The notes under the pieces are model-generated. The model had not been told where the DNA came from and did no database searches. It was given only the letters and a program-made list of their open reading frames with translations. Shown here piece by piece: positions 1 through 7,690 of a stretch of DNA of 22,116 bases. The stretch is from Candidatus Sericytochromatia bacterium (lineage in GTDB: Bacteria; Cyanobacteriota; Sericytochromatia; S15B-MN24; JAQBPE01), in the NCBI GenBank assembly GCA_035285125.1, contig JAYKHR010000086.1, positions 1-22,116 on the forward strand. Reading direction: 5' to 3'. A program made the translations under genes and the position numbers. Each line of letters begins with the position of its first letter. Positions within the stretch are counted from its first letter, which is position 1.

Positions 1-16
1 GGGTGAAGCCGACCTT

Positions 17-47
17 CACGTCCCTCTCCCGCCGGGAGAGGGACGTG
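17..47. repeat. Perfect 14-bp inverted repeat (REP-like or terminator-like hairpin)
   Basis: CACGTCCCTCTCCC (17-30), loop GCC, GGGAGAGGGACGTG (34-47). No U-tract on either side, so the function is unclear. Confidence 0.7.
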
Positions 48-89
48 GCAGGCCGGGTGACGGGCTATCGAGGAATCAGGGACGTGCCG

Positions 90-98
90 TGCTACCAT
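90..98 (+). promoter_or_regulatory. Extended -10 promoter of hrpB, probably giving leaderless mRNA
   Basis: TG-C-TACCAT at 90-98, ending 6 nt before the in-frame GTG at 105. No Shine-Dalgarno in between. Confidence 0.55.
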
Positions 99-104
99 GG
101 CCCC

Positions 105-2537
105 GTGCAGCTCCCCGTCTTGCAGCAGGCCGACGCGATCCGGGCCGCCGTCCGGGCCTCGGGGCGGCTCATCCTCTGTGCGCCGCCCGGCACGGGCAAG
201 TCCACCCAGGTGCCTGGGCTGCTCGCCGCGGACAGCCGGCAGGTGGTGGTGCTGCAGCCGCGTCGCATCGCTGCCCGGAGCCTGGCCCACCGCGTGGCCT
301 CAGAGGCCGGGGAGGCCGTGGGGGGGCGGGTCGGCTACCAGGTGCGCTTCGAGCAGGCGGCGGGGCCCGACACGCGCATCCTCTTCCAGACTTATGGCGT
401 GTTCTGGCAGCGGCTGCTCACGGAGCCCACGGCCGCGGGCGTGGGGGTGGTGGTGCTCGACGAGTTCCACGAGCGCTCGCTCGAGGCGGACGCCGTGCTG
501 GCCTGGCTGACCCGGCTCCAGGCGGAGCGTCGGCCGGACCTCGCGCTCGTGGTGATGTCGGCGACGCTGGAGGTGGCGGCGCTGCGCGCGCACTGGCCGG
601 ACGCGCCCTGCCTCGAGGTGGCGGGCGGCCGGCACCCCGTGGCGATCGAGCACCTGCCCCCGCGCGGCCACGAGCCCGTCTGGGAGGGCGCCGTGCGGGC
701 CTTCCGGCACCTGCTCGCCACGGGCGAGCGGGGCTCCGTGCTGGTGTTCATGCCCGGCACGCATGAGATCCGCCGCACGCTCGACGCGCTCGGGCCCGTG
801 TGCGCCCAGGCCGGCTACGAGGCCCTGGCGCTGCACGGGGCCCAGGCCGTCGCCGAGCAGCAGCGCGTGCTGGCCGCCCCGGCCGACCACCCGTGCGTGG
901 TGGTGGCCACCAACGTGGCCGAGACCAGCTTGACGATCCCGGGCGTGACGGCCGTGATCGACAGCGGCCTGGCCAGGCAGGCGAGCCACGACGCGGGCCG
1001 GGAGCTCGACGTGCTCGCGCTCGGCTGGATCGCCCGCGCGAACATGGCCCAGCGCGCGGGCCGCGCCGGCCGTCTCGGGCCCGGGCGCTGCGTGCGGCTC
1101 TGGCCCCAGAGCCTGGAGACGAGCCTCCCCGAGGTGCTGCCGCCCGAGCTCGCGCGGCGGGACCTGGCCCGGCTGGCGCTGGAGGTGGCAGCCCTGCCGG
1201 ACGCGCCGGCCTGGCTGGAGCCGCCGCCGCCGGAGCGCTGGGCGCGTGCCCGCGACCAGCTCCGGCGCCTGGGGGCCCTGGACGAGGCCGGCCTCCTCAC
1301 CGCCCTGGGGCGCCGCCTCACGGCGCACCCCGTGGCCCCGGCGCTGGCCAGGGTCCTCGAGGCCGCCCGCGAGGCGGGCGTCGTCACGCTGGTGGCCGCG
1401 ATGGTCGCGGTGGTCGAGGCCGCCGATCGCCGCGCCATCGCCGACGAGGGCGACCTGTACCTGCTGGGGCTCGACCTCGTCGCGGCCGCCGAGGGTGGGG
1501 CCCTGCGGCGGGCCGGCTGGGCCCGAGAGGTGGTCGAGACCTGGCGCCAGCTCCTGCGCCAGCTGCGCCCTGAGGCAGTGGACCGGGCCCTGGCGCGGCT
1601 GCCCGAGGCCGAGGCCCCGGACCGGCGCGCGCGCGTGACGCGCTGCTGGCTGGTGGCTCTGGGAGACCGGCTCGCTGCCCGCCAGGGCCCGAGCTACGTG
1701 CTGGCGGACGGCCGGCGCGGCGTGCTGGGGGCGGGGCGCACGGAGGCCGCCTGGGTGCTGGCGCTGGCCCTCCACGAGCAGGCCACGGGGGGCGGTCGCC
1801 AGGCCACCATCCCCCTGTTCTTGCCCGTGGACCCGGCCTGGACGGCCGCGGCCGAGGCGGCGACCGAGACCGTCGTCGTGAGCTGGGACGCCCCGCGGGA
1901 GCGCGTGGTGCAGGAGCGGGTCTGGGTGGCGAACGGGCTGCCCGTGCGGCGGGAGCCCCTGCCCGCGGCCGCCTGGGACCGGGGCGCGGCGGAGGCCCTG
2001 ATCGCCGGGAAGCTGCTGGCGGGCGAGGCCCGCCTCGCGGCCTGGGACGAGGACGTCGAGCAGCTGGTCCGCCGCATCCGGCGGGCGGCCGAGGTGTGGC
2101 CCGAGCTGGGCGCGCCCGCGCTCGGCGAGGATGACTGGGAGGTGCTTTACCACGAGCTGGCGCGGGGCAAGGCGGCGCCCGCCGAGATCACCCGCGACGA
2201 GCTGGTCGCCGTGCTGCGCGAGTACGTGGGCTGGCCGGCCGTCGACCGGCTGGAGCGGGCGGCGCCCCGCACGTGGCGGCTGCCCTCCGGCCGCCAGGCG
2301 CGCCTGACCTTCCCCGAGGAGGGCCCGCCCGAGCTCTCGGCCCGGCTCGGAGACATGATCGGCCTGACGGGCACCCTGGCCCTCTTCGAGGGGCGGCTGC
2401 CCGTCTGCTTCGACATCCTGGCGCCCAACTTCCGCACCGTGCAGAAGACCTTCGACATGACGGGCTTCTGGGAGCGGACCTACCCGGAGGTCAGGAAGGA
2501 GCTGCGGCGGCGCTACCCCAAGCACCCCTGGCCCTGA
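105..2537 (+). CDS. hrpB: ATP-dependent DEAH-box RNA helicase HrpB
   Basis: Walker A APPGTGKST, QPRRIAA, DEFHER, MSATL, ATNVAETSLTI, QRAGRAGR, and the HrpB C-terminal signature FWERTYPEVRKELRRRYPKHPWP. Start placed at GTG 105 (xLPV start typical of the family) rather than position 3. Confidence 0.95.
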   Translation: MQLPVLQQADAIRAAVRASGRLILCAPPGTGKSTQVPGLLAADSRQVVVLQPRRIAARSLAHRVASEAGEAVGGRVGYQVRFEQAAGPDTRILFQTYGVFWQRLLTEPTAAGVGVVVLDEFHERSLEADAVLAWLTRLQAERRPDLALVVMSATLEVAALRAHWPDAPCLEVAGGRHPVAIEHLPPRGHEPVWEGAVRAFRHLLATGERGSVLVFMPGTHEIRRTLDALGPVCAQAGYEALALHGAQAVAEQQRVLAAPADHPCVVVATNVAETSLTIPGVTAVIDSGLARQASHDAGRELDVLALGWIARANMAQRAGRAGRLGPGRCVRLWPQSLETSLPEVLPPELARRDLARLALEVAALPDAPAWLEPPPPERWARARDQLRRLGALDEAGLLTALGRRLTAHPVAPALARVLEAAREAGVVTLVAAMVAVVEAADRRAIADEGDLYLLGLDLVAAAEGGALRRAGWAREVVETWRQLLRQLRPEAVDRALARLPEAEAPDRRARVTRCWLVALGDRLAARQGPSYVLADGRRGVLGAGRTEAAWVLALALHEQATGGGRQATIPLFLPVDPAWTAAAEAATETVVVSWDAPRERVVQERVWVANGLPVRREPLPAAAWDRGAAEALIAGKLLAGEARLAAWDEDVEQLVRRIRRAAEVWPELGAPALGEDDWEVLYHELARGKAAPAEITRDELVAVLREYVGWPAVDRLERAAPRTWRLPSGRQARLTFPEEGPPELSARLGDMIGLTGTLALFEGRLPVCFDILAPNFRTVQKTFDMTGFWERTYPEVRKELRRRYPKHPWP

Positions 2538-2558
2538 CCGCTGCGGGGAGGCCCTCGC

Positions 2559-3566
2559 TCAGGGCACGGACCCGGCGACGGTGTCGAGGATCGCCTCGGG
2601 CAGGTGGCCCACCAGGGTGTAGGCCGTCTGGCCCACCCGCCACGACAGCAGGTGCTTGGGGCCCTGCGCGAGGGCGAAGCCTTCGCCGGCGCCCACCCGC
2701 ACGGCGCGGCTGTCTGCTGGTGGGGAGGCCTGGCTGCGGGCGTCGGTGGCGAAACACGAGAGCAGGCTGAGGCCGTCGTGGTAGCGCCAGACGAAGGTGG
2801 GGACGCGGCGGTGATCCAGGAAGTGCTGCCAGTGGAGCAGCTCGTAGCCCTTTGGCAGCCAGCGCGGGGGCTCGGGTCGCCAGCGCTGGCCTGCGGGCGG
2901 CAGCGAGCCGCTGCTGCCCTGGGCCAGCACGGTCGTGGCGTTGCTCACGCGCACGCCAGGGGGCAGCCGGAACCGGGTGTCTTCCGGCGAGAGGCGTGGT
3001 GAGAAGGTGATGGAGAGGAACTCCGAGCGATCGACCAGCTGGCCGGCCTCGTCCCGTCGCTCCACCACCAGCGGCAGCCGGGTGGCCTGGTCCACCCACA
3101 GCCGGTGCGTCAGGTTGCCCGCCGCGCGGGGCGTGAGCTGGACGAGCAGCACCAGCCGGTTCAGGTGTCGCAGCTGCCCGAGCACGCGGAAGCCATAGTT
3201 GCGACGGGCCAGCGCCAGGCGTCGTGGCAGGCTGCCCTCCGCCTCCAGGGGGCTCACGGTGACGGCCCTGAGGCGCGGGGTGTGGTGCCAGCGCACGGCG
3301 CCGTCCGAGACCAGCACGTCACGCACCGCCCCGCTGGCGTCGAGCAGCTCCTGGCGCACCCGCTGGTGGCCGGCACGCGTCACGCGGAGCCGCTGCTGGC
3401 GCGTCCCGGCGGGCCCCGTCCGGGTCACGCGCAGCAGGCCCCGGTAGGAGAGCGTCTCGCGGGCCGTGAGCACGTCCTCCAGCGCGAGCGGCCGCGCCTG
3501 GGCTGTCGGGGCCAAGGCGAGGGCTCCGACGGCCAGGCCGAAGAGGAAGGAGATGGTGCGGCTCAT
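2559..3566 (-). CDS. MucB/RseB-family periplasmic negative regulator of sigmaE
   Basis: Signal peptide ending AQA. LolA-like N-domain (SYRG..., HRLWVDQATRLPL...DRSEFLSI). C-domain motifs PRWLPKGY and YHDGLSLLS resemble MucB_RseB_C. ATGA overlap with the anti-sigma gene. Confidence 0.8.
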   Translation of the reverse strand: MSRTISFLFGLAVGALALAPTAQARPLALEDVLTARETLSYRGLLRVTRTGPAGTRQQRLRVTRAGHQRVRQELLDASGAVRDVLVSDGAVRWHHTPRLRAVTVSPLEAEGSLPRRLALARRNYGFRVLGQLRHLNRLVLLVQLTPRAAGNLTHRLWVDQATRLPLVVERRDEAGQLVDRSEFLSITFSPRLSPEDTRFRLPPGVRVSNATTVLAQGSSGSLPPAGQRWRPEPPRWLPKGYELLHWQHFLDHRRVPTFVWRYHDGLSLLSCFATDARSQASPPADSRAVRVGAGEGFALAQGPKHLLSWRVGQTAYTLVGHLPEAILDTVAGSVP

Positions 3567-4054
3567 GGGGCGAGGTCGTAGCCCGTCTCGATGGCGCGGA
3601 CGCCCTGGCCGAGGGCGCCCGGCAGGCCCTGATCGTGCTCGAAGGCGTCATGGACCTGCCAGTAGGTGTCGACGTCGGCCACCGGCACCGCAGGCGCGAG
3701 CCAGGTTGCCCCGAGCCGCTGCAGCCCGCCCACGAGCGCCAGCACGCCTGCCGCCACGGCCACCCCCACGAGCGGCCTGCGCCACGCTCGCGCCCAGCGG
3801 CTCACGGCGCTGGGCGGCCGCGCCCCGCCTCCCAGCTGCATGGCGATCGCCTCCCACGTGCGTGCCCCTGGCGGCGGCGTGGGCAGCGTGCGCAGGGCCT
3901 GCAGCACGGGCAGCAGGTCGATGAGCAGCGCCGTGCAGCGGGTGCAGGCCCGCAGGTGGGCCTGCACCCGCTGCTCCTCCTCGACGGAGAGCATGCCGTC
4001 GAGGTAGGCCGAGATTGGCTCGAGCCAGCTTTCGCAAGGGGGGGATGCTCTCAT
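3563..4054 (-). CDS. Zinc-finger (zf-HC2/ZAS) transmembrane anti-sigma factor
   Basis: C...ISAYLDGML...HLRACTRC (HxxxCxxC), one hydrophobic TM segment (PLVGVAVAAGVLALVGGL) and a short periplasmic tail. ATGA overlap with the sigma gene. Confidence 0.9.
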   Translation of the reverse strand: MRASPPCESWLEPISAYLDGMLSVEEEQRVQAHLRACTRCTALLIDLLPVLQALRTLPTPPPGARTWEAIAMQLGGGARPPSAVSRWARAWRRPLVGVAVAAGVLALVGGLQRLGATWLAPAVPVADVDTYWQVHDAFEHDQGLPGALGQGVRAIETGYDLAP

Positions 4055-4698
4055 CGCAGCTCTCCGAGGTGCTGCTGCACCTGCCGCCGGGCCCGCGCGA
4101 GCCGGCTCTTGACCGTGCCGAGGTTGATGCCCAGCGACTCGGCGATCTCCTCGTAGCTGAGGTCCTGCACGTCGCGCAGCACCAGCACGGCCCGGAACTC
4201 GGGGCTCAGCTGGGCCAGGGCCCGCTCCACCTGTCGGTAGACCTCGGCCGCGGTGGCAGCCTCCTCTGGCGTCTGGCCGTGGGCCTCGAGGCGCTCCCCG
4301 AGGGTGAGCCCCCCCTCCTCACCCAGCGTCGCGTCGAGCGAGTCGTGCTGGTAGCGACGCTCGGCACGGGCAAGGTGGTTCAGGCAGGTGTTCGTCGCGA
4401 TCTGGTACAGCCAGGTCTTGAAGCTGCTGTGGCGACGGAACCCGCCCAGGCCGCGGAAGGCCTTGAGGAAGGCCTCCTGCACCAGGTCCTCGGCCTCCGG
4501 CGCCCCGTGCACCATGCGGTGCACGAGCTGGTGGATGGGGCCGTGGTGGCGCCGGAAGAGCGCCTCGAGGGCCTTCATGTCGCCGTCCTGGGCCCGCGCG
4601 ACCAGCGCGGCGTCGGCGTCGGGGAGGGGGTCTCGTCGCAACAGTGCGCGGGCCTGTGGGGCGGGCGGAGGGGGGACGGACAATTCTAGCTGGGGCAT
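4051..4698 (-). CDS. ECF RNA polymerase sigma-70 factor (RpoE/SigW-like), 215 aa
   Basis: Region 2 AEDLVQEAFLKAF...SFKTWLYQIATN and region 4 LSYEEIAESLGINLGTVKSRLARAR. This is the C-terminal part of the 728-aa track ORF. Start chosen at ATG 4698 (MPQLELS), downstream of the ECF promoter. Confidence 0.93.
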   Translation of the reverse strand: MPQLELSVPPPPAPQARALLRRDPLPDADAALVARAQDGDMKALEALFRRHHGPIHQLVHRMVHGAPEAEDLVQEAFLKAFRGLGGFRRHSSFKTWLYQIATNTCLNHLARAERRYQHDSLDATLGEEGGLTLGERLEAHGQTPEEAATAAEVYRQVERALAQLSPEFRAVLVLRDVQDLSYEEIAESLGINLGTVKSRLARARRQVQQHLGELR

Positions 4699-4733
4699 GC
4701 GGTTGGTGCCATCCTCGCGGGGGGGCTCCCATG

Positions 4734-4761
4734 CATGACCGGGCCCGCGCCCCCAGGTTCC
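4734..4761 (-). promoter_or_regulatory. SigmaE-type (ECF) autoregulatory promoter
   Basis: The minus strand reads GGAACCT-N16-TCATG (GTCAT), matching the GGAACTT-N16-TCAAA geometry, about 35 nt upstream of the sigma ATG. Confidence 0.7.
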
Positions 4762-4769
4762 CGCCGCGC

Positions 4770-6038
4770 TCAGGCCTCCTGCTGGCTGCGCTCCAGCGCC
4801 TGCGCCAGGTCTGCCGTCAGGTCCTCGGCGGCCTCGAGGCCCACCGACATCCGCACGAGGCCGGGCGTGACGCCGAAGCGGACCTGCACGTCGGGCGGGA
4901 TGTCCGCGTGCGTCATCGTCGCCGGGTGCTCGACGAGCGTCTCCGTGCCGCCGAGGCTGACGGCCAGCTTGGCGAGCCGCACGGCGTTGAGGAACCGGAA
5001 GGCGGCCGGCTTGCCGCCGCGGACCTCGAACGACACGATCGAGCCCGCCCCGCTGCACTGCCGCTCGAAGATGACCCGCTGGGGCGAGCCCTGGGGCAGC
5101 AGGGCGGGGTAGAGCACGCGCGCGACGGCCGGGTGCGCGGCCAGCGTGGTGGCGAGCTGCCGGGCCGTCGCCGCCTGGGCCTCCATCCGCACCTTGAGCG
5201 TCTCGAGCGAGCGCAGCAGCAGCCAGCAGTTGAAGGGGTCGGGCACCGAGCCCATGATCGTGCGGTACTCGGTGATCGGCCCGAGGACCTCGCGTGAGCC
5301 GGCCACGGCGCCTGCCACGACGTCGGAGTGGCCGCCGATGAACTTGGTGGCGGAGTACAGCACGAGGTCGGCCCCGTGCCGCAGCGGGTGCTGGAACAGC
5401 GGGCCCATGAAGGTGTTGTCCACGAAGGTCAGCACGCGGCGCGCGGGCGTCGAGCGGCGCGCCGCGAGGGCGGCGATCGGCGCGAGGTCGATCATCAGGT
5501 TGGTCGGGTTGGCCGGGCTCTCCAGGAAGAACAGCGCCAGGCGCTCCCCGGCCGCCTCGGCGAGGGCCTCGAGCTCCGCGATGGGCGCGTCCGCCGAGAA
5601 GGCGCGCACCTCGACGCCGAACTTGGGCAGGATCTTCTCCATCAGGTACTCGGTGCCGCCGTAGATGGGCATGCTGTAGGCCACCACGTCGCCGGGCTTC
5701 ACGTGCGCCAGGATGGCCGTGGTGATGGCGGCCATGCCGCTCGCGAAGGTGAGCGCCCCCTCGGCGCCGTCCCAGAGCGCGAGCCGCTCCTCGAGGATCT
5801 GGAGCCCGGGGTTGTTGAGGCGCGAGTAGATGAGCCCCATGGTCTCGTCCGGGCGGCGCTCCTCGAGGCCGTAGGCCCACTTGAAGTACTGCTCGCCGTC
5901 CGCCGCGCGCCGGAAGACGAAGGTGGAGGTCATGAAGATGGGCGGCTTGGCGGCCCCCTCCGAGAGGAAGGGGTCGTAGCCGTGGCTCATCATGAGGCTC
6001 TCGGGCCTGAGCTGCTGCGGGTCGAGGGGCGCGGGCAT
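4770..6038 (-). CDS. Cys/Met-metabolism PLP-dependent enzyme (cystathionine gamma-synthase / methionine gamma-lyase family)
   Basis: KPPIFMTSTFVF, YSRLNNP, FASGMAAI, ESPANP, VDNTF, PLP-lysine motif YSATKFIGGHSD, AVSLGGTETL and RMSVGLE. SD AAGGAG upstream. The exact reaction cannot be assigned from motifs. Confidence 0.92.
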   Translation of the reverse strand: MPAPLDPQQLRPESLMMSHGYDPFLSEGAAKPPIFMTSTFVFRRAADGEQYFKWAYGLEERRPDETMGLIYSRLNNPGLQILEERLALWDGAEGALTFASGMAAITTAILAHVKPGDVVAYSMPIYGGTEYLMEKILPKFGVEVRAFSADAPIAELEALAEAAGERLALFFLESPANPTNLMIDLAPIAALAARRSTPARRVLTFVDNTFMGPLFQHPLRHGADLVLYSATKFIGGHSDVVAGAVAGSREVLGPITEYRTIMGSVPDPFNCWLLLRSLETLKVRMEAQAATARQLATTLAAHPAVARVLYPALLPQGSPQRVIFERQCSGAGSIVSFEVRGGKPAAFRFLNAVRLAKLAVSLGGTETLVEHPATMTHADIPPDVQVRFGVTPGLVRMSVGLEAAEDLTADLAQALERSQQEA

Positions 6039-6104
6039 CAGGGAGCTCCTTCGCGTCGTCGGGAGGGGGCCAGGCCCATGTAAGCAGGTCGCGGTGGCCA
6101 GCGC

Positions 6105-6131
6105 AAAGCCCCGGCCCAGGGGGCCGGGGCT
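6105..6131 (-). terminator. GC-rich hairpin, possible intrinsic terminator for the Bor-like gene pair
   Basis: 11-bp stem AGCCCCGGCCC (6107-6117) / GGGCCGGGGCT (6121-6131) with a 3-nt loop. Only a short TTT on the minus strand. Confidence 0.45.
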
Positions 6132-6160
6132 GGGGGCCGGGGCTGGGGAGGGGGACGGGC

Positions 6161-6523
6161 TCAGCGGACGACCTCGCCCTCGATGATGAGCGTCCAGGGA
6201 TGGAAGATGCCGAACGTAACAAAGTTGACCAATCCATCTACAACTCCCACCTGGCGGGTAAGCCGTACGTGACGGACGCCTTTGCCGCCCGCGAGCTTAA
6301 CTTCGCGTGCAATCACATCGCGCACGATCGTGTCGCCAGGGTTTATGAGGCCCCAGGCCAAGTGATTGGTCTTTAATTCTGTTCGGAAGGCTCGAACGGC
6401 TGGCCTCGGGGCGGCCAAGTCTGTTGAGGCCATCACATCTAGGTTATGGGTGACTTGAAAGCAGCCCGAGAGGGAGCCCGCAAGGGTGCAGGCCATGAGG
6501 GCCTTGAGCAGCTTGATTGGCAT
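6161..6523 (-). CDS. Bor/Iss-like small lipoprotein, copy 2 (120 aa)
   Basis: Lipobox LSGC. NHLAWGLI and RQVGVVDGLVNFVTFGIFHP resemble the Bor HFFVSGI and QQTFVNGLLGFITLGIYTP segments. SD AAGGAG precedes ATG 6523. Confidence 0.7.
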   Translation of the reverse strand: MPIKLLKALMACTLAGSLSGCFQVTHNLDVMASTDLAAPRPAVRAFRTELKTNHLAWGLINPGDTIVRDVIAREVKLAGGKGVRHVRLTRQVGVVDGLVNFVTFGIFHPWTLIIEGEVVR

Positions 6524-6536
6524 AGCGATCAGCTCC

Positions 6537-6908
6537 TTAACGCACCACGTCGCCTTCAACGATCGAGGTCGTGGGCAAGTAAATAATGTTGTACGGGATC
6601 AATCGAATGATCCCGTCAATTATATTGACCTGATGGGTCACTCGCACATTCGTTGCAGCGCGACCGCCAGCGAGCTTGACTTCGCGCGCGATGGCTCCCT
6701 CTACCTCATCGGGATTGCCAACCGTGACGAGCCCGTATACGAGGTGATGATGTTTGACCTCCACCTTGAAGCTCCGGATGACCTGCGGCCGCGTGGCCGG
6801 CAGCCCGTAGACCTCATCGACGTTGTAGCTGAGGGTGTAGCACCCGGCGAGCAGCGGGGCGCAGGCAAGCACCCCGAGCCAGCGCAGGGCGCGCAGCGGA
6901 CGGCCCAT
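6537..6908 (-). CDS. Bor/Iss-like small lipoprotein, copy 1 (123 aa)
   Basis: Lipobox LAGC, HHLVYGLV and HQVNIIDGIIRLIPYNIIYLP. Shares IAREVKLAGG and a C-terminal EG[DE]VVR with the neighbouring paralog. SD AAAGGAG. Confidence 0.7.
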   Translation of the reverse strand: MGRPLRALRWLGVLACAPLLAGCYTLSYNVDEVYGLPATRPQVIRSFKVEVKHHHLVYGLVTVGNPDEVEGAIAREVKLAGGRAATNVRVTHQVNIIDGIIRLIPYNIIYLPTTSIVEGDVVR

Positions 6909-6947
6909 GGAAGACGGCTCCTTTCAAGCGGACGGTGAAGGCGGCCC

Positions 6948-6977
6948 AGCATAGCATGGCCGCCACTTGTCTGTCAG
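6948..6977 (-). promoter_or_regulatory. Sigma70-type promoter for the Bor-like pair
   Basis: Minus strand CTGACA-N18-TATGCT with an extended TG (TG-C-TATGCT). Confidence 0.55.
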
Positions 6978-7006
6978 GGCACAATGAGCGCGTTCAGAGG
7001 CCGCCC

Positions 7007-7621
7007 TCAGCGGCCCTTGCCGCCGCTCTCCGCGCCGTGGACCTCGCGGGCGAGGATGATCGCGTCGGCGATCTCGCGCAGGGGCTTGCGGCTGTTCATC
7101 GAGAGCTTCTGGATGCGCCGGAAGGCCTCGGCTTCCGTGATGCCGTAGGTGTCGATCAGGATGCCCTTGGCCTTCTCGACGACCTTGCGGGTCTCGAGCG
7201 CCTCCTTCAGGTTGCTGATCTCGTCCGTCAGCGCGTTCATCTCCTCGGCGCGGCTCATCGCCACCTCGATGGTGGGCAGGAGGTCCGCCTCCTTGATGGG
7301 CTTCACGAGGTAGGCGAAGACGCCGAGTTCCACGGCCTGCTCGACGAGGTCCGGGTCGGAGTAGGCCGTCACCATGACCACGGGCGTGCGGCGCTTGCCG
7401 GGGGCGTTGATCTCCCTCACGGCCCCGAGGCCGTCGAGGTTCGGCATCTTGAGGTCCATGACGATCAGGTCGGGCTGCAGCCGGGCCGCCAGCTCGATGG
7501 CCACGCGACCATCCGTGGCCTCGCCCACGACCTCGTAGCCCCGCTCTTGGAGCATCTCCTTGAGGTCGAGCCTGATGATGGACTCATCGTCGGCGATGAG
7601 GATGCGGAGCTTCTTGCTCAT
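7007..7621 (-). CDS. pdtaR: REC-ANTAR response regulator (PdtaR/EutV-like RNA-binding antiterminator), 204 aa
   Basis: ILIADDESIIRLDL, VMDLKMP, VTAYS, YLVKP receiver motifs. ANTAR motif LETRKVVEKAKGIL...TEAEAFRRIQKLSMN. Start at ATG 7621 (MSKKLRI). Confidence 0.92.
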   Translation of the reverse strand: MSKKLRILIADDESIIRLDLKEMLQERGYEVVGEATDGRVAIELAARLQPDLIVMDLKMPNLDGLGAVREINAPGKRRTPVVMVTAYSDPDLVEQAVELGVFAYLVKPIKEADLLPTIEVAMSRAEEMNALTDEISNLKEALETRKVVEKAKGILIDTYGITEAEAFRRIQKLSMNSRKPLREIADAIILAREVHGAESGGKGR

Positions 7622-7649
7622 AAAACGCCCTTTCCGGATCCCGTCAGGC

Positions 7650-7678
7650 ATTATAGCCCCCGGCCGGCCGTCCGTCAC
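7650..7678 (-). promoter_or_regulatory. Internal sigma70 promoter directly upstream of the ANTAR regulator
   Basis: Minus strand GTGACG-N17-TATAAT (perfect -10) in the intergenic gap. Confidence 0.7.
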
Positions 7679-7690
7679 GGCGGCGCGCGC

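Noticed and set aside
6039..6160. SAM or other riboswitch ahead of the Cys/Met PLP enzyme
   Set aside because: No recognisable S-box or SAM-II core motifs, only a GC hairpin and a tandem repeat.
4699..6237. Long N-terminal extension of the sigma factor (728-aa track ORF)
   Set aside because: It is the -1 frame shadow of the PLP-enzyme gene, with Arg/Gly/Pro-rich nonsense translation. The sigma gene has its own promoter and ATG.
6909..7006. ANTAR dual-hairpin target upstream of the Bor-like genes (the pdtaR leader was also checked)
   Set aside because: I could not find two stems with A1/G4 hexaloops on the coding strand. A covariance-model search would be needed to exclude it fully.
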